A program made the translations under genes and the position numbers. The notes under the pieces were generated by a model. It was not told the origin of the DNA. It made no database searches and saw nothing but the letters and a program-made list of their open reading frames with translations. Of a stretch of 64,000 nucleotides of DNA, positions 53,614 through 63,368 are shown piece after piece. Each line of letters begins with the position of its first letter. Position 1 is the first letter of the stretch. The stretch is from Synechococcus sp. UW140. GTDB lineage: Bacteria > Cyanobacteriota > Cyanobacteriia > PCC-6307 > Cyanobiaceae. The stretch spans positions 8,998 to 72,997 of the forward strand of contig CALRNL020000012.1 in the NCBI GenBank assembly GCA_943369525.1, read 5' to 3'.

Positions 53614-53796
53614 GCCAGGGTCAGGGTTTCACTGGTAAGTGCCACCACCGTTCCCCCGGGGCAAGCTGCGAGCTGGGCCGCTTCGCCCCAGGGCCACCGG
53701 GGCGTGGGGCAGACCAGGGCCGGGGCGTTGCCCCAGTTGCCGCCGGCCCCCTTAAGCGCCCCCTGGCCCGCTCCCGTCCGTCCCATCTCCGCCGCC

Positions 53797-54144
53797 ATGG
53801 ACCAGCCCGCAGACACGATTTTTGGCCGCATCCTGCAGGGCGAGATCCCCTCGGATCAGGTCCACAGCGACGACCTCTGCATCGCCTTCCGCGATGTCCA
53901 GCCCCAGGCCCCGGTACACCTCCTGGTGATTCCGCGCCAACCCCTGGTGAACCTGGCCGACGCCAGCGCCGCCGATGGCCCCCTCCTGGGCCACCTGTTG
54001 CTCGTGGCGGCCCAGGTGGCCCGCCAGGAGGGGCTCACGGCCTGGCGCACGGTGATCAACAGCGGTGCCGAGGCCGGCCAGACCGTGTTCCATCTGCATG
54101 TGCACGTGATTGGTGGCCGGCCGTTGCAATGGCCGCCGGGGTGA
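53797..54144 (+). CDS. HIT family (histidine triad) nucleotide hydrolase
   Basis: TIFGRILQGEIPSD...APVHLLVIPRQ...VFHLHVHVIGG contains the HxHxHxx triad. ATG at 53797 inside a longer shadow ORF. Confidence 0.88.
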   Translation: MDQPADTIFGRILQGEIPSDQVHSDDLCIAFRDVQPQAPVHLLVIPRQPLVNLADASAADGPLLGHLLLVAAQVARQEGLTAWRTVINSGAEAGQTVFHLHVHVIGGRPLQWPPG

Positions 54145-54199
54145 GCAATCCCTGGGCCAGCCTCTGCTTGGGGCGCTTCAGCGGCCAGAATGACGCCAC

Positions 54200-56230
54200 T
54201 TGAGCGTCGTCATGAGTCCCCTGAAGGCCTTCCGCAGCCAGCTCGGCAAGCTGCAGCGCCTGGCCCAGCCCTATTTTCTGCCGTTGGATAACGGCGCCAG
54301 CTCCGGCCAGTTCCTGGTGCTGGTGGTCGCCCTGATTGCCGTGGTGGTGGGCGTCACCCTGCTACTGCTGACGGCAGCGATCGCCGCCAGTAGCGCCTGG
54401 ATCCCCGAGTTGCAGCTCCGGTTCGTGCCGGGGGTGCGCGAACAGGTGGCGTCGATCTGGGCGGGGCCCTGGGGCATGGTCGTGATGGTGCTCTTTGGCG
54501 CCGGGGTGGCCTGTTTCTGGACCTTGCGCGCCAAGTTGCGCCAGGGACGCTGGTTGCCCTGGCTGTTGCTGGGGGTGATCACCCTGCTGATCTTGGTGAT
54601 CAACGGCATCAATGTGGGCATCAGTTTTGTTGCCCGTAACATTGAAAATGCCCTGGTGGCCTACAAGGCTGAGGACTTTTGGAAGATCGTTGCGATCTAC
54701 GCCTTTTGCCTGGTCCTGGCCTTACCAATTCGGGCCCTGCAGAGTTACCTGATCCCCAAGCTGGGGTTGATGTGGCGCGAGTGGCTCAGCGAAAGGATGT
54801 TGGGTCGTTATCTGACAAACCGGGCCTATTACGTTCTCAATCCCAATGATGAAAGCGTTGAGGAAATCGATAACCCCGACCAGCGGATCTCCCAGGATGC
54901 GGCAAGCTTCACGGCTACGAGCCTTAGCGTTACGGTTGAAATAATTTCAGCGCTTCTCACCTTTTTTAGTTTTATTATTGTACTCTGGAGTATTAATTCA
55001 ACCCTGGCCCTGTGGCTTTTGGCCTATTCGGTACTAGGTACTTCCCTAATTGTTTTTGCCAGCCGCAAGCTGGTGAATCTCAACTACCAGCAGCTCAAGC
55101 TCGAGGCTGACTTCCGCTACGGCTTGGTGCACATTCGTGACAACGCTGAGTCGATTGCCTTCTACCGCGGCGAGCAACAGGAGCAGAAGGAGGGAACCAG
55201 GCGCCTTGGTGGTGTCATCCAGAACTACAACAAGCTGATTGTGTGGGAGGCGCTCATTCAAGTGATCCAGCGCTCCTATGATTACTTTTCTCGCTTCCTG
55301 CCCTGGCTGGTGATTGCTCCGATCTACTTTGCTAAGGAGGTTGATTTTGGTGTGTTTGGTCAGGCCAGCATAGCCTTTTCCCAGGTATTGTTCTCGGTCA
55401 GTTATATTGTCAACAACATTGATCGTTTGGCTGCCTTCTCCGCTTCGATTAGCCGGCTAGAGGGCTTCCAGGGCAAGGTGGAATCGATCGGCGGCGAGAT
55501 GCTGGCCCAGTCGATCGCCGAGCAGGCTAAGCCCGCCCTTGCATCGGAGTCGGCCCACGGTGATGAATCGCTCGATTCGATCCTGGTGAGCCATGTGGAC
55601 CTAATCCCGCCGCGTAGCAGCCGCCGGCTGATCCATGACCTCAGCTTGGAGGTGGCCCCAAGTCAGCGCCTGCTGGTGGTGGGTCCTTCCGGGTGTGGCA
55701 AGACCTCCTTCCTGCGCCTGGTTAGTGGCCTCTGGCCTGCCGGCGCCGGCCGGGTGCACCGGCCCCCCGTGGGCGAGCTGATGTTCATTCCCCAGAAGCC
55801 CTATATGTTGCTGGGCAGCCTGCGGGAGCAGCTCTGCTATCCCCAGAGCCCGGAGCGCTTTAGTGATGGCCAGTTGCGCCATGTGCTTGAGGAGGTGAGA
55901 CTGCCCGAGCTGGTGCACCGCTATCCCGACCTCGACATCAAGCAGGATTGGCCCCGGTTGCTTTCCCTGGGAGAACAGCAACGGCTGGCCTTTGCCCGCC
56001 TGCTGCTGAATTCGCCCAGGTTTGTGGTGCTCGATGAGGCCACCAGTGCCCTCGATGTGTCCACTGAAAAACATCTCTACAACCTGCTGGCCCAGCGCGA
56101 GATGGCCCTCGTTAGCGTCGGCCACCGTCCCACCCTGCGCAGCTTCCATGACACCGTGCTGGAGCTGGACGGCCAGGGAGGCTGGAAGTTGATTCCGGCC
56201 GCCAGCTATGAGTTCAACACCGGAGCCTGA
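54200..56230 (+). CDS. ABC transporter, fused permease/ATPase of the ABCD / SbmA-BacA-like type
   Basis: N-terminal 6-TM domain (ABC_membrane_2-like, with NPDQRISQDAASF). C-terminal NBD with Walker A GPSGCGKTS, signature LSLGEQQRLAFAR and Walker B FVVLDEATSALD. Confidence 0.88.
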   Translation: MSVVMSPLKAFRSQLGKLQRLAQPYFLPLDNGASSGQFLVLVVALIAVVVGVTLLLLTAAIAASSAWIPELQLRFVPGVREQVASIWAGPWGMVVMVLFGAGVACFWTLRAKLRQGRWLPWLLLGVITLLILVINGINVGISFVARNIENALVAYKAEDFWKIVAIYAFCLVLALPIRALQSYLIPKLGLMWREWLSERMLGRYLTNRAYYVLNPNDESVEEIDNPDQRISQDAASFTATSLSVTVEIISALLTFFSFIIVLWSINSTLALWLLAYSVLGTSLIVFASRKLVNLNYQQLKLEADFRYGLVHIRDNAESIAFYRGEQQEQKEGTRRLGGVIQNYNKLIVWEALIQVIQRSYDYFSRFLPWLVIAPIYFAKEVDFGVFGQASIAFSQVLFSVSYIVNNIDRLAAFSASISRLEGFQGKVESIGGEMLAQSIAEQAKPALASESAHGDESLDSILVSHVDLIPPRSSRRLIHDLSLEVAPSQRLLVVGPSGCGKTSFLRLVSGLWPAGAGRVHRPPVGELMFIPQKPYMLLGSLREQLCYPQSPERFSDGQLRHVLEEVRLPELVHRYPDLDIKQDWPRLLSLGEQQRLAFARLLLNSPRFVVLDEATSALDVSTEKHLYNLLAQREMALVSVGHRPTLRSFHDTVLELDGQGGWKLIPAASYEFNTGA

Positions 56231-56235
56231 GAGCC

Positions 56236-56514
56236 ATGGCCAGCCCCAATCCTGATGCCATCAACCCTGAAGTGCCCCAAACCGAGAGTCCCCCCGCAGC
56301 CATCCCCCAATCCGGCGCTGCTGAGCCCGCAGCCCCGGCTAAACCCGAACCGCCTGCCACCAGCGCCACCACCCTTGATGTGCCCAGCTTCGGCTGGAGT
56401 GGCTACGCCGAGCGCATCAATGGTCGCTTTGCCATGGTTGGTTTTACGGCCATCCTGGTGATCGAGGCCTGCAGCGGCGAGACCTTTCTGCACTGGGCCG
56501 GGCTTGTCCCCTAG
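56236..56514 (+). CDS. high-light-inducible protein (HLIP, CAB/ELIP/HLIP superfamily) with a Pro/Ala-rich N-terminal extension
   Basis: FGWSGYAERINGRFAMVGFTAILVIE contains the chlorophyll-binding E-x-x-N-G-R-x-A-M-x-G-F motif. Starts 6 nt after the ABC transporter stop. Confidence 0.85.
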   Translation: MASPNPDAINPEVPQTESPPAAIPQSGAAEPAAPAKPEPPATSATTLDVPSFGWSGYAERINGRFAMVGFTAILVIEACSGETFLHWAGLVP

Positions 56515-56547
56515 GCCCCCCGGACCGCTAAGCCGCTGGTTGCCCAG

Positions 56548-56581
56548 CCCCAAACCCCCGATCCCTGGCGGGGGTTTGGGG
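56548..56581. terminator. 13-bp perfect hairpin in a convergent intergenic region (possible bidirectional terminator)
   Basis: CCCCAAACCCCCG-ATCCCTGG-CGGGGGTTTGGGG read directly. It lies between the HLIP stop (56514) and the PD40 gene stop (56624). No flanking U-tract. Confidence 0.45.
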
Positions 56582-56623
56582 CTGACCGGCCTGATGTTTG
56601 GGCCTGGGGTGCCCCAGCCTGGC

Positions 56624-57139
56624 TTAGGGCAGCTCCAATAGGTCGACCTGGCTGAGGCCGCCCCGGCCCACCTCCACGGCCAAGACCCGGCCATCGGCAC
56701 TAAAGGCCAGCCGATGGGGCACCCCCGCCGGTTCGATCGGGATCAGCTGCAGGCTTTGCAGGGAGCGGCGGTAGAGCACCAGCTCGCTGCGGCCCTCCAG
56801 TTCCCGAATCAGGGCCAGGCGTTCGCCCCGTTGGTCTACGGCCACGCTCACGGGCCGGGCATCGGGCCTGTTCATCCCTGGTAGGGGAACGGGGCCCCCC
56901 TGGCTCAGGCGCACCAGCCGCACCTGCTCGCGCCCCTCCCGACCTCCGATCAGGGCCAGCCAGTCGCTGCCCAAGGCCGGATCCCGGTTCACGGCGGTAT
57001 GGGCCAGTTGCAGGTTCAGGCCCATCAGCGGGCGGGCGCCGTTGTCCAGGCAGCCCCCCAGCAGCAAACCCAGCGCCAGCCCGAGCCCGGATCCTGCTGC
57101 GGCCAGGCCCCTGGTCTTCCCTTGGCCAGGGCGATTCAT
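56624..57139 (-). CDS. PD40/TolB-like beta-propeller repeat lipoprotein (paralog 2)
   Basis: MNRPGQGKTRGLAAAGSGLGLALGLLLGGCLDN carries a lipobox. Repeats of the D/G-x-x-LA...type: AVDQRGERLALI, FSADGRVLAV. The ATG at 57139 overlaps the upstream stop as ATGA. Confidence 0.65.
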   Translation of the reverse strand: MNRPGQGKTRGLAAAGSGLGLALGLLLGGCLDNGARPLMGLNLQLAHTAVNRDPALGSDWLALIGGREGREQVRLVRLSQGGPVPLPGMNRPDARPVSVAVDQRGERLALIRELEGRSELVLYRRSLQSLQLIPIEPAGVPHRLAFSADGRVLAVEVGRGGLSQVDLLELP

Positions 57140-57723
57140 GGACGGGACCCCGCGGCCGGACCCTGCTGCAGGGAGCCTGGGACCGGATCGGGTTCCAGCC
57201 ATTCGCCCAATCCAAAGACCTCGACCCGGCTTTGGCCGCCCTCCACCAGCTCCACGGCGAGATGGCGGCCATCGGGGGCGAGGCTGAGCCGCCGGGCCTC
57301 CTGGTCGCCCCGCAGGGGAAGGGGGAGTAGCCGGTTGGTGGCCCGGTCATTGATCACCACCTGGCGCCGCCCGCCGCGCCAGACGAGCAGGGCCAGGTAA
57401 CGGCCATTCCAGCTCAGGGAGGGGGAGCTGTGGGGTTGCTGGCCCCGCAATAGGGGTAGGGGCATCGTCTGGCCAGAGCGGCGGTCCTGGAGCAGCACGG
57501 TGCTGCGGCCCGAGCGCAATACGAGGCTGGCGAGCAGGCGGCCATCGCCGCTGAGGGCGGGATCCTGGCGGCTTTCAGCCCCCAGGCCGAGCTGCCCCCT
57601 GGGGCTGGGCTGGCGCCGAATGGCCCAGGGCAGGGAGCAGGCCTGGGCGAGGAGCAGCAGGCCCAAGAGACAGGGGCCTAGCCATCGGTGACCCGGATGG
57701 AAGGGGGCCGGGCTGTTGGGCAC
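57136..57723 (-). CDS. PD40/TolB-like beta-propeller repeat lipoprotein (paralog 1)
   Basis: Lipobox LLLLAQACS. Repeats LSGDGRLLAS, LSWNGRYLAL and LAPDGRHLAV are PD40-type. The GTG start directly abuts the ycf66 stop. Confidence 0.65.
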   Translation of the reverse strand: MPNSPAPFHPGHRWLGPCLLGLLLLAQACSLPWAIRRQPSPRGQLGLGAESRQDPALSGDGRLLASLVLRSGRSTVLLQDRRSGQTMPLPLLRGQQPHSSPSLSWNGRYLALLVWRGGRRQVVINDRATNRLLPLPLRGDQEARRLSLAPDGRHLAVELVEGGQSRVEVFGLGEWLEPDPVPGSLQQGPAAGSRP

Positions 57724-58920
57724 TCAGTCGTCGAACCGGGACGTGTTATCCCGTGGGGAGGCGGCTGGTGCTGGGCCCTGGGCGCTGGCGCTGCGCCCAG
57801 GGCCGGACTCGGGGCTAGGGCCCGCCGGGCGGCCCTGGACGCGGGCGCCAGGGCGACCTGGGGCAGGGGTTGCGGGGCCTTCGTCCTGCCGCAGGGGCTG
57901 GAACTCGGCATCACCGATCGCGGGACCCGCCGAACGGGGGCTGCCGCTGCGGCCGAGCGGGGGCTGGTTGGATCGGGCGGCGGCTCCTAGGGGGCCAGGG
58001 CGGTTACCCAGTCCCGATTCCTGGCCGGCTGGGGGCCTGGAGCCGTAGGCGCCGGCAATCGGCGATCCCTGGGGCACCGCACCGCGGCTGCCGAGGGGAG
58101 CGCCGAGGGGCGGCTGAACGGGTCCGCTGCCAGGCCGGCGGCCGGAGCGGGGCATGTCGTCGGCGCTGCTGATGGCACTGGGGCGGCTGCCGCGCCGACC
58201 TTCGTCCCTATCGCGGCGACGGGCACCGAAGCCAGCGGCGGCATCGGCGGAGGCGTTAGGGCCGCTGCTGGCGTAGGCCGAAGCCCTGGTACCGGGGCCG
58301 GGGCCGTAACCCTCGCCGCTAGGACCCTCTGGACCGTAGCGACCGGTGCGGGGCGGCAGGTCCCGGGGGGCAGCCGATGCGGTGCCTGGGTTCCAGTCCT
58401 CAGGAGCCGATCCGCGGCCAGTGCGGGACACGGCCCGTTCGGGAATGGCGGGCCTGGGGTTGGTGCGGGGCCGGTAGAAGTCCTCCTCATCGGCGGGTTC
58501 ATCGATCCCCTGCCGGGAGCGAATGCGCCGCCGCAGCGGTTCCGGTTCGTCGAAGCGGTCGAGGTCGTTGCCCCAGGCATCGCGGCCGCCCATGCGCGGT
58601 CCCGAGGGCGGACCGTCGTCGTCATCGAAAAAGGATGAGCGGCGGGCCTGCTCGGTGGTAATCCCCCGCAGGCGCACGCTTTCGTAGGCGAAGAAAACGG
58701 TGGTGCCAGCCAGCAGAAACTGGCCGAACTGCAGGATCGGATCGAGCCGCCAGCCCTGGAAAAAGAGGATCCCGCCGCACAGCAGGCCCACCGCCGCAAA
58801 AAACACGTCGTAGTCCCGGGCCAGGGCGGGCTTGAAGCTCCTCATGAAATAGAGGAGAGCACCACCAACCGCCAGCACGATGCCGACGATGCTGGCCCAG
58901 TTGAGGCTGGCATTAACCAC
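57724..58920 (-). CDS. ycf66: Ycf66 family membrane protein with a long disordered Gly/Pro/Arg/Ser-rich C-terminal region
   Basis: The N-terminal 85 aa, VNASLNWASIVGIVLAVGGALLYFMRSFKPALARDYDVFFAAVGLLCGGILFFQGWRLDPILQFGQFLL, matches the Ycf66 N-terminal domain. The remaining 300 aa or so is low complexity. GTG start. Confidence 0.8.
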   Translation of the reverse strand: MVNASLNWASIVGIVLAVGGALLYFMRSFKPALARDYDVFFAAVGLLCGGILFFQGWRLDPILQFGQFLLAGTTVFFAYESVRLRGITTEQARRSSFFDDDDGPPSGPRMGGRDAWGNDLDRFDEPEPLRRRIRSRQGIDEPADEEDFYRPRTNPRPAIPERAVSRTGRGSAPEDWNPGTASAAPRDLPPRTGRYGPEGPSGEGYGPGPGTRASAYASSGPNASADAAAGFGARRRDRDEGRRGSRPSAISSADDMPRSGRRPGSGPVQPPLGAPLGSRGAVPQGSPIAGAYGSRPPAGQESGLGNRPGPLGAAARSNQPPLGRSGSPRSAGPAIGDAEFQPLRQDEGPATPAPGRPGARVQGRPAGPSPESGPGRSASAQGPAPAASPRDNTSRFDD

Positions 58921-59097
58921 GGCTTCGACCCCTCAGTCGCAACGCTGAATGACAAGGCCCCGGCTCAAGGCCCAAGGGCGATGATCCGGGGTACACAGTT
59001 TCGCCCAGTCTAGGCCGGTGCCCAGGGGCAACCGGTGGTCAGGGGCGCGGAGCTTCGCGGTTCAGCGGCGCTTGGCGAATTACAGGCGCTTTGCGGT

Positions 59098-59220
59098 TCA
59101 GAGGCGACGGTCGAGCCGGTCGTTCTGGCTGATCAGGATCAGGGCAATCGTGATGGGCACCACCACGATCACGGCGCCCCAGGCGAGGCTGCTCAGGAAG
59201 TTCGCAAGGGATGGGGTCAT
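59098..59220 (-). CDS. psbX: photosystem II reaction centre protein X
   Basis: The internal ATG at 59220 gives [40 protein letters not shown] (40 aa), the canonical PsbX sequence pattern. Confidence 0.9.
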   Translation of the reverse strand: MTPSLANFLSSLAWGAVIVVVPITIALILISQNDRLDRRL

Positions 59221-59297
59221 GGCACCGGTGGATCCGGCTGGGATCCTAGGCAGTGATGGCGGATCCCTACGATCGGGGCCCTGCTGCTTAGAGCTTT

Positions 59298-59717
59298 GTG
59301 ACGGGGATCCCGGTGCCATCGCTTGCCCCCTTGCCTGGTCCCCTGGCTGAACTGGCCCTGGCCGATTTGCCCCTGCCCGGGTCAGTGGGGATCGCCATTG
59401 CCACCCTGTTGCCCGGTTTCAACCTGGTGCTCGGCCTGGCTCTGGCCCTTTGGACCCTGTTGTTTTTGTTCCGCATCGTGCTCACCTGGTATCCCCAAGT
59501 GGACCTGGGCAAGGGGCTGATGCGGTTGGTGGCGATGCCGACCGAGCCGGTTTTAGCCCTGAGCCGCCGCCTGATCCAGCCGATCGGGGGGGTCGATGTC
59601 ACCCCGGTGATCTGGGTGGGCCTGATCAGCTTGCTGCGGGAACTGCTGGTGGGCCAGCAGGGCCTGCTCAGCCTGATCGCCCTGCGGGCCCAGGGGCTGG
59701 TGGTGGCAGCCGGTTAG
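59298..59717 (+). CDS. YggT family (Ycf19-like) membrane protein
   Basis: [20 protein letters not shown]...[27 protein letters not shown] is the YGGT repeat pattern. The start is uncertain. Confidence 0.8.
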   Translation: MTGIPVPSLAPLPGPLAELALADLPLPGSVGIAIATLLPGFNLVLGLALALWTLLFLFRIVLTWYPQVDLGKGLMRLVAMPTEPVLALSRRLIQPIGGVDVTPVIWVGLISLLRELLVGQQGLLSLIALRAQGLVVAAG

Positions 59718-59831
59718 GGGCCAGGAGCCAGGGGCCAGAAGCAAAGGCCACCCGTCGCTAGGGGCCGCTTGCTAGCAACAGCGTTGGCTTGCAGACGGTT
59801 TGCTTGGGGGCGGTTGCCAGGGGGCGGCTTG

Positions 59832-61199
<1,368 letters not shown>

Positions 61200-61356
61200 T
61201 CCGTGGCAGTCCGGCGCAATCCGGCGACGCAGGCCGCTGCGGACTGTATCAGTGCTCACCCGGTGCCTCCCCGTGGCTCCCAAGGGGCCCGCTCGGACCT
61301 GGGGAGGTCGATGGGTATATTGCTGGCTGGCGGGGCGCCAGCCCTGATCCAGCCAC

Positions 61357-61438
61357 GCGGATGTGGTGGAATTGGTAGACACGCACGTTTGAGGGGCGTG
61401 TGACTTCGGTCTTGCGAGTTCAAGTCTCGCCATCCGCA
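61357..61438 (+). tRNA. tRNA-Leu (anticodon GAG), class II with a long variable arm
   Basis: Folded by hand. Acceptor GCGGATG/CATCCGC. D-arm GTG-GAATTGGTAGA-CAC. Anticodon stem CACGT/GCGTG with loop TTGAGGG (GAG). Variable arm TGACTTCGGTCT. T-arm GCGAG-TTCAAGT-CTCGC. Discriminator A. No encoded CCA. A T7 run follows. Confidence 0.93.
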
Positions 61439-61456
61439 TTTTTTTCCAAACCAGGT

Positions 61457-62812
61457 TTGAGCCAGTCAGTTCCGGTTCAAACCCCCCGTTCCGGCGATGC
61501 TGCAGGCGCCATTGGTGCCGTTGTCCTCGTTTGTAATGGCCCGGGGGAGTTGAGCACCTGGGTGAGGCCCCTGGCCCTGCGTCTGCACCGGGACTTGGCC
61601 CTGCGGCCCCTGGAGCCAGGCGCCGACCTTGCCCTCGATCTGGTTTTGGTGCCCTGCCCCAATGCCACGGGCCGCGAGCACCAGGTGGCGGCGGCGATGG
61701 GCCTGTTCAACCGGATCCTGCTGGCCCGTTCCTTTTGGCGCCTGTTGGCCTGGCCGCGGCGTTATGGCGCCTGGCCGCGCCAAGGGGTGGTGGTGTTTCT
61801 CGGCGGCGACCAGTTCTGGACCGTGCTGCTCTCAGCTCGCCTGGGCTACCGCCATCTCACCTACGCCGAGTGGGTGGCCCGCTGGCCCCGCTGGAACGAT
61901 GCGATTGCGGCCATGGGGCCCTCGGCCCTGGCGGGTCTACCCAGGCGCTGGCGGGATCGGGCCACGGTGGTGGGCGACCTGATGGCCGACCTCTCCGAAT
62001 CGGCCCGCCAGGAGACGCCCCTGCCGGCGGGCGAATGGCTAGCCCTGATGCCCGGTTCGAAGCGTGCCAAGTTGCAGGTGGGCATGCCCTTTTTGCTGGA
62101 GACCGCCGATCGGCTGGCGCGGCTGCGCCCCCAGGTGCGCTTCTTGCTGCCCGTGGCACCCACCACCTCGGTGGCCGAGTTGCTCGCCTACGCCAGTCCC
62201 GCCAACCCCCTCTTTGAGGCCTACGCCTGCGGTGAACCCGAAGTGCTGGAGGGGGCCTCCGGCCGGTGCCTGCGCACCCCCGCCGGCAGCGAGATCCTGC
62301 TGCTGGAGACCCATCCGGTCCATGGGGCCCTGAGCCAGTGCGCCCTGGCCCTCACCACGGTGGGGGCCAACACGGCCGAATTGGGGGCCCTGGGGGTGCC
62401 GATGATCGTGCTGGTGCCGACCCAGCATCTGCAGGTGATGCAGGCCTGGGACGGCGGGATCGGCATCCTGGCCCGCCTGCCCCTGTTGCGCTGGATGCTG
62501 GGGGCGGCCCTGACGGCCTGGCGGATGCGCAACCACGGCTTTTTGGCCTGGCCCAACATCTCGGCGGGCCGCATGGTGGTGCCGGAGCGGGTCGGCAGCC
62601 TTACTCCAGCGGCGATTGCCCAGGAAGCGGCCGATTGGCTCGACCAACCCCAGCGGTTGGAGGGGATGCGCGAGGACCTACGCAGCCTGCGGGGCCAGCC
62701 AGGGGCCGTGGCGGCCCTGGCGGCCCTGGTGCGCCAACTGCTGCCGTCCAACCTCAGGGGCCCTGCCGCGCGAGCCCCCCAGGCCGCGCCAGCCCCCGGC
62801 CAGCCTGATTAG
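61457..62812 (+). CDS. lipid-A-disaccharide synthase-related glycosyltransferase (cyanobacterial LpxB-like family)
   Basis: [17 protein letters not shown] near the N-terminus and [19 protein letters not shown] near the C-terminus resemble the LpxB-related (GT-B) family as recalled. The track ORF start (61400) lies inside the tRNA; the first plausible in-frame start after the tRNA is the TTG at 61457. Confidence 0.6.
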   Translation: MSQSVPVQTPRSGDAAGAIGAVVLVCNGPGELSTWVRPLALRLHRDLALRPLEPGADLALDLVLVPCPNATGREHQVAAAMGLFNRILLARSFWRLLAWPRRYGAWPRQGVVVFLGGDQFWTVLLSARLGYRHLTYAEWVARWPRWNDAIAAMGPSALAGLPRRWRDRATVVGDLMADLSESARQETPLPAGEWLALMPGSKRAKLQVGMPFLLETADRLARLRPQVRFLLPVAPTTSVAELLAYASPANPLFEAYACGEPEVLEGASGRCLRTPAGSEILLLETHPVHGALSQCALALTTVGANTAELGALGVPMIVLVPTQHLQVMQAWDGGIGILARLPLLRWMLGAALTAWRMRNHGFLAWPNISAGRMVVPERVGSLTPAAIAQEAADWLDQPQRLEGMREDLRSLRGQPGAVAALAALVRQLLPSNLRGPAARAPQAAPAPGQPD

Positions 62813-62844
62813 CCTGCGGCCTCGCCAGCGATTTCAAGGCCCCG

Positions 62845-63318
62845 ATGAGCGATTCCACCAGCTCGGCAGCCACCAGCGCAGAAGCCACCAGTTCGGAAGC
62901 CGTCGATGGCCAGGAGCAGGCCACCCCGGGGCAGCCCCTCTCCGAACAGGCCTGGCGCGAGCGGCTCACCCCCGAGCAGTTCCAGGTGGCACGCCAGGGC
63001 GGCACCGAGCGGGCCTTCACTGGCGTTTACTGGAACAACAAGGCCAAGGGCACCTATCGCTGCGTCTGCTGCGGCAGCGAGCTGTTCAGCTCCGAGACCA
63101 AGTTTGAATCCGGTTCCGGCTGGCCCAGCTTTTGGGACGGGGCCCAGGCCGGGGCGATCACCACGGTCACCGACCGCAGCCACGGCATGGTGCGCACCGA
63201 AATCAAGTGCGCCCAGTGTGATGCCCACCTGGGCCATGTGTTCAACGATGGACCCCAACCGACTGGCCTGCGTTACTGCGTCAATTCGGCCTCGCTTGCC
63301 TTTGATCCCCAGGGTTGA
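62845..63318 (+). CDS. msrB: peptide-methionine (R)-S-oxide reductase
   Basis: Zn-binding CVCCGSELF and [19 protein letters not shown]. Catalytic RYCVNS. An N-terminal Ser/Thr-rich extension is present. Confidence 0.93.
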   Translation: MSDSTSSAATSAEATSSEAVDGQEQATPGQPLSEQAWRERLTPEQFQVARQGGTERAFTGVYWNNKAKGTYRCVCCGSELFSSETKFESGSGWPSFWDGAQAGAITTVTDRSHGMVRTEIKCAQCDAHLGHVFNDGPQPTGLRYCVNSASLAFDPQG

Positions 63319-63368
63319 GGCGGCCTAGGCGGCTTTGCTGGCTAAAGCAGCGATCAGAGCCTGGGGCT

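Noticed and set aside
61200-61456. N-terminal extension of the accC ORF (to 61439) and the 5' end of the 61400 plus-strand ORF
   Set aside because: Both extensions run through the tRNA-Leu gene (61357-61438). The canonical AccC N-terminus begins at the ATG at 61199. The plus-strand ORF was trimmed to the first in-frame start after the tRNA.
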